A DNA stretch of 64,000 nt. Source: a virus. Shown here one piece after another: positions 63,542 through 64,000 of the stretch (its first letter is position 1; each line of letters opens with the position of its first letter). Location: IMG/VR virus record IMGVR_UViG_3300042923_000524, positions 73,948-137,947 of that record; one strand, given 5' to 3'. The position numbers and the translations under genes were made by a program. The notes beneath the pieces were generated by a model. That model was not told the DNA's origin, did no database searches, and saw only the letters and a list, made by a program, of their open reading frames with translations.

Positions 63542-64000
63542 ATGGCTAAAAAGCAAGAAAAAATAGAACTTAAAAAGGCTCAATCAACGTTTCAATTAAT
63601 AGGTGAAGCTAAGATTACAGACTTTACATTTAAGATTGATGAATCATCCCAAAAATCTGATTGGATATATAATCAATTAAACTTAGGTGTTGATTGTGGA
63701 AATGGTAATGTTGTCTATGCGGATATGATGGGTGGATACGGTTCTGATAGAGATAATGTATTATATGTTCATGGTGTAAAGAAAGATGATAATGGTAAAA
63801 CAACAGATGATTACGAAAATAGATTTACAATTGATTGGGAAGACAGAACAGATGAAGATATATTAGAAACTATTGGTAGCCAGTGCTTCTTAACTGTGGG
63901 TCTTGAGAAGGATAAGAAAGGAAATATATTTGCTAAGAAATTCTTATCTGCATATGATGCAATTGAATATGTTAAAGAACATCTTGAGAGTGGCACAGTT
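63542..64000 (+). CDS. large phage protein, truncated by window end
   Basis: MAKKQEKIELKKAQSTFQLIGEAK... open to 64000; AGGAGG RBS. Confidence 0.75.
   Translation, partial: MAKKQEKIELKKAQSTFQLIGEAKITDFTFKIDESSQKSDWIYNQLNLGVDCGNGNVVYADMMGGYGSDRDNVLYVHGVKKDDNGKTTDDYENRFTIDWEDRTDEDILETIGSQCFLTVGLEKDKKGNIFAKKFLSAYDAIEYVKEHLESGTV

Noticed and set aside
2262-63996. Many antisense or overlapping ORFs in the track (e.g. 2262+, 7013-, 8519-, 11807-, 26084-, 30640-, 31840-, 33062-, 55207-, 62255-, 63811-)
   Set aside because: They shadow better-supported genes on the opposite strand and lack RBSs
1-64000. tRNA, rRNA, virion structural or neurotoxin genes
   Set aside because: No cloverleaf/T-loop signatures or recognisable structural or toxin ORFs were found

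Overview
Very AT-rich segment of a large temperate phage from a Clostridium-like host. It resembles SPbeta/c-st-type phages and may be a plasmid-prophage. No structural, tRNA or rRNA genes were seen. Layout by position: (1) 0.1-2.7 kb, leftward genes including an HslV-like protease, a wHTH replication protein beside 5 iteron-like repeats, and an XRE regulator. (2) 2.9-9.2 kb, ParM/ParR, FtsK, Replic_Relax, SprT and SpoIIIAC-like genes. (3) 9.8-11.7 kb, a non-coding region with a G/T-to-A/C strand switch. (4) 11.7-32 kb, an early region of small genes with their own sigma-A promoters. It carries two pistol ribozymes, a hammerhead variant, an oriented ATAACAG cluster, a C5 methyltransferase, an HNH nuclease and an intact tyrosine recombinase. 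(5) 33-37.4 kb, a MazF-like toxin, an HTH-less TPR receptor and a secreted propeptide (SDVTDPK/SDVTDPR), followed by YopQ-like and YopR(MrpR)-like repressor genes. (6) 38.5-40.5 kb, a compact type V-F CRISPR locus with tracrRNA, 5 repeats/4 spacers and Cas12f1, without cas1/cas2. (7) 43.7-45.6 kb, an agr-like cassette with a kinase-less sensor, AgrD, a Spo0A-C-like protein and AgrB. (8) 46-64 kb, DNA metabolism genes (SLT, dNMP kinase, LigA, PAPS-reductase-like, NDT-like, circularly permuted C5 MTase) among many small ORFs. More than 20 copies of a 23-bp quasi-palindrome sit at gene boundaries across the window. All family calls are by-eye motif recognition; no database searches were run.
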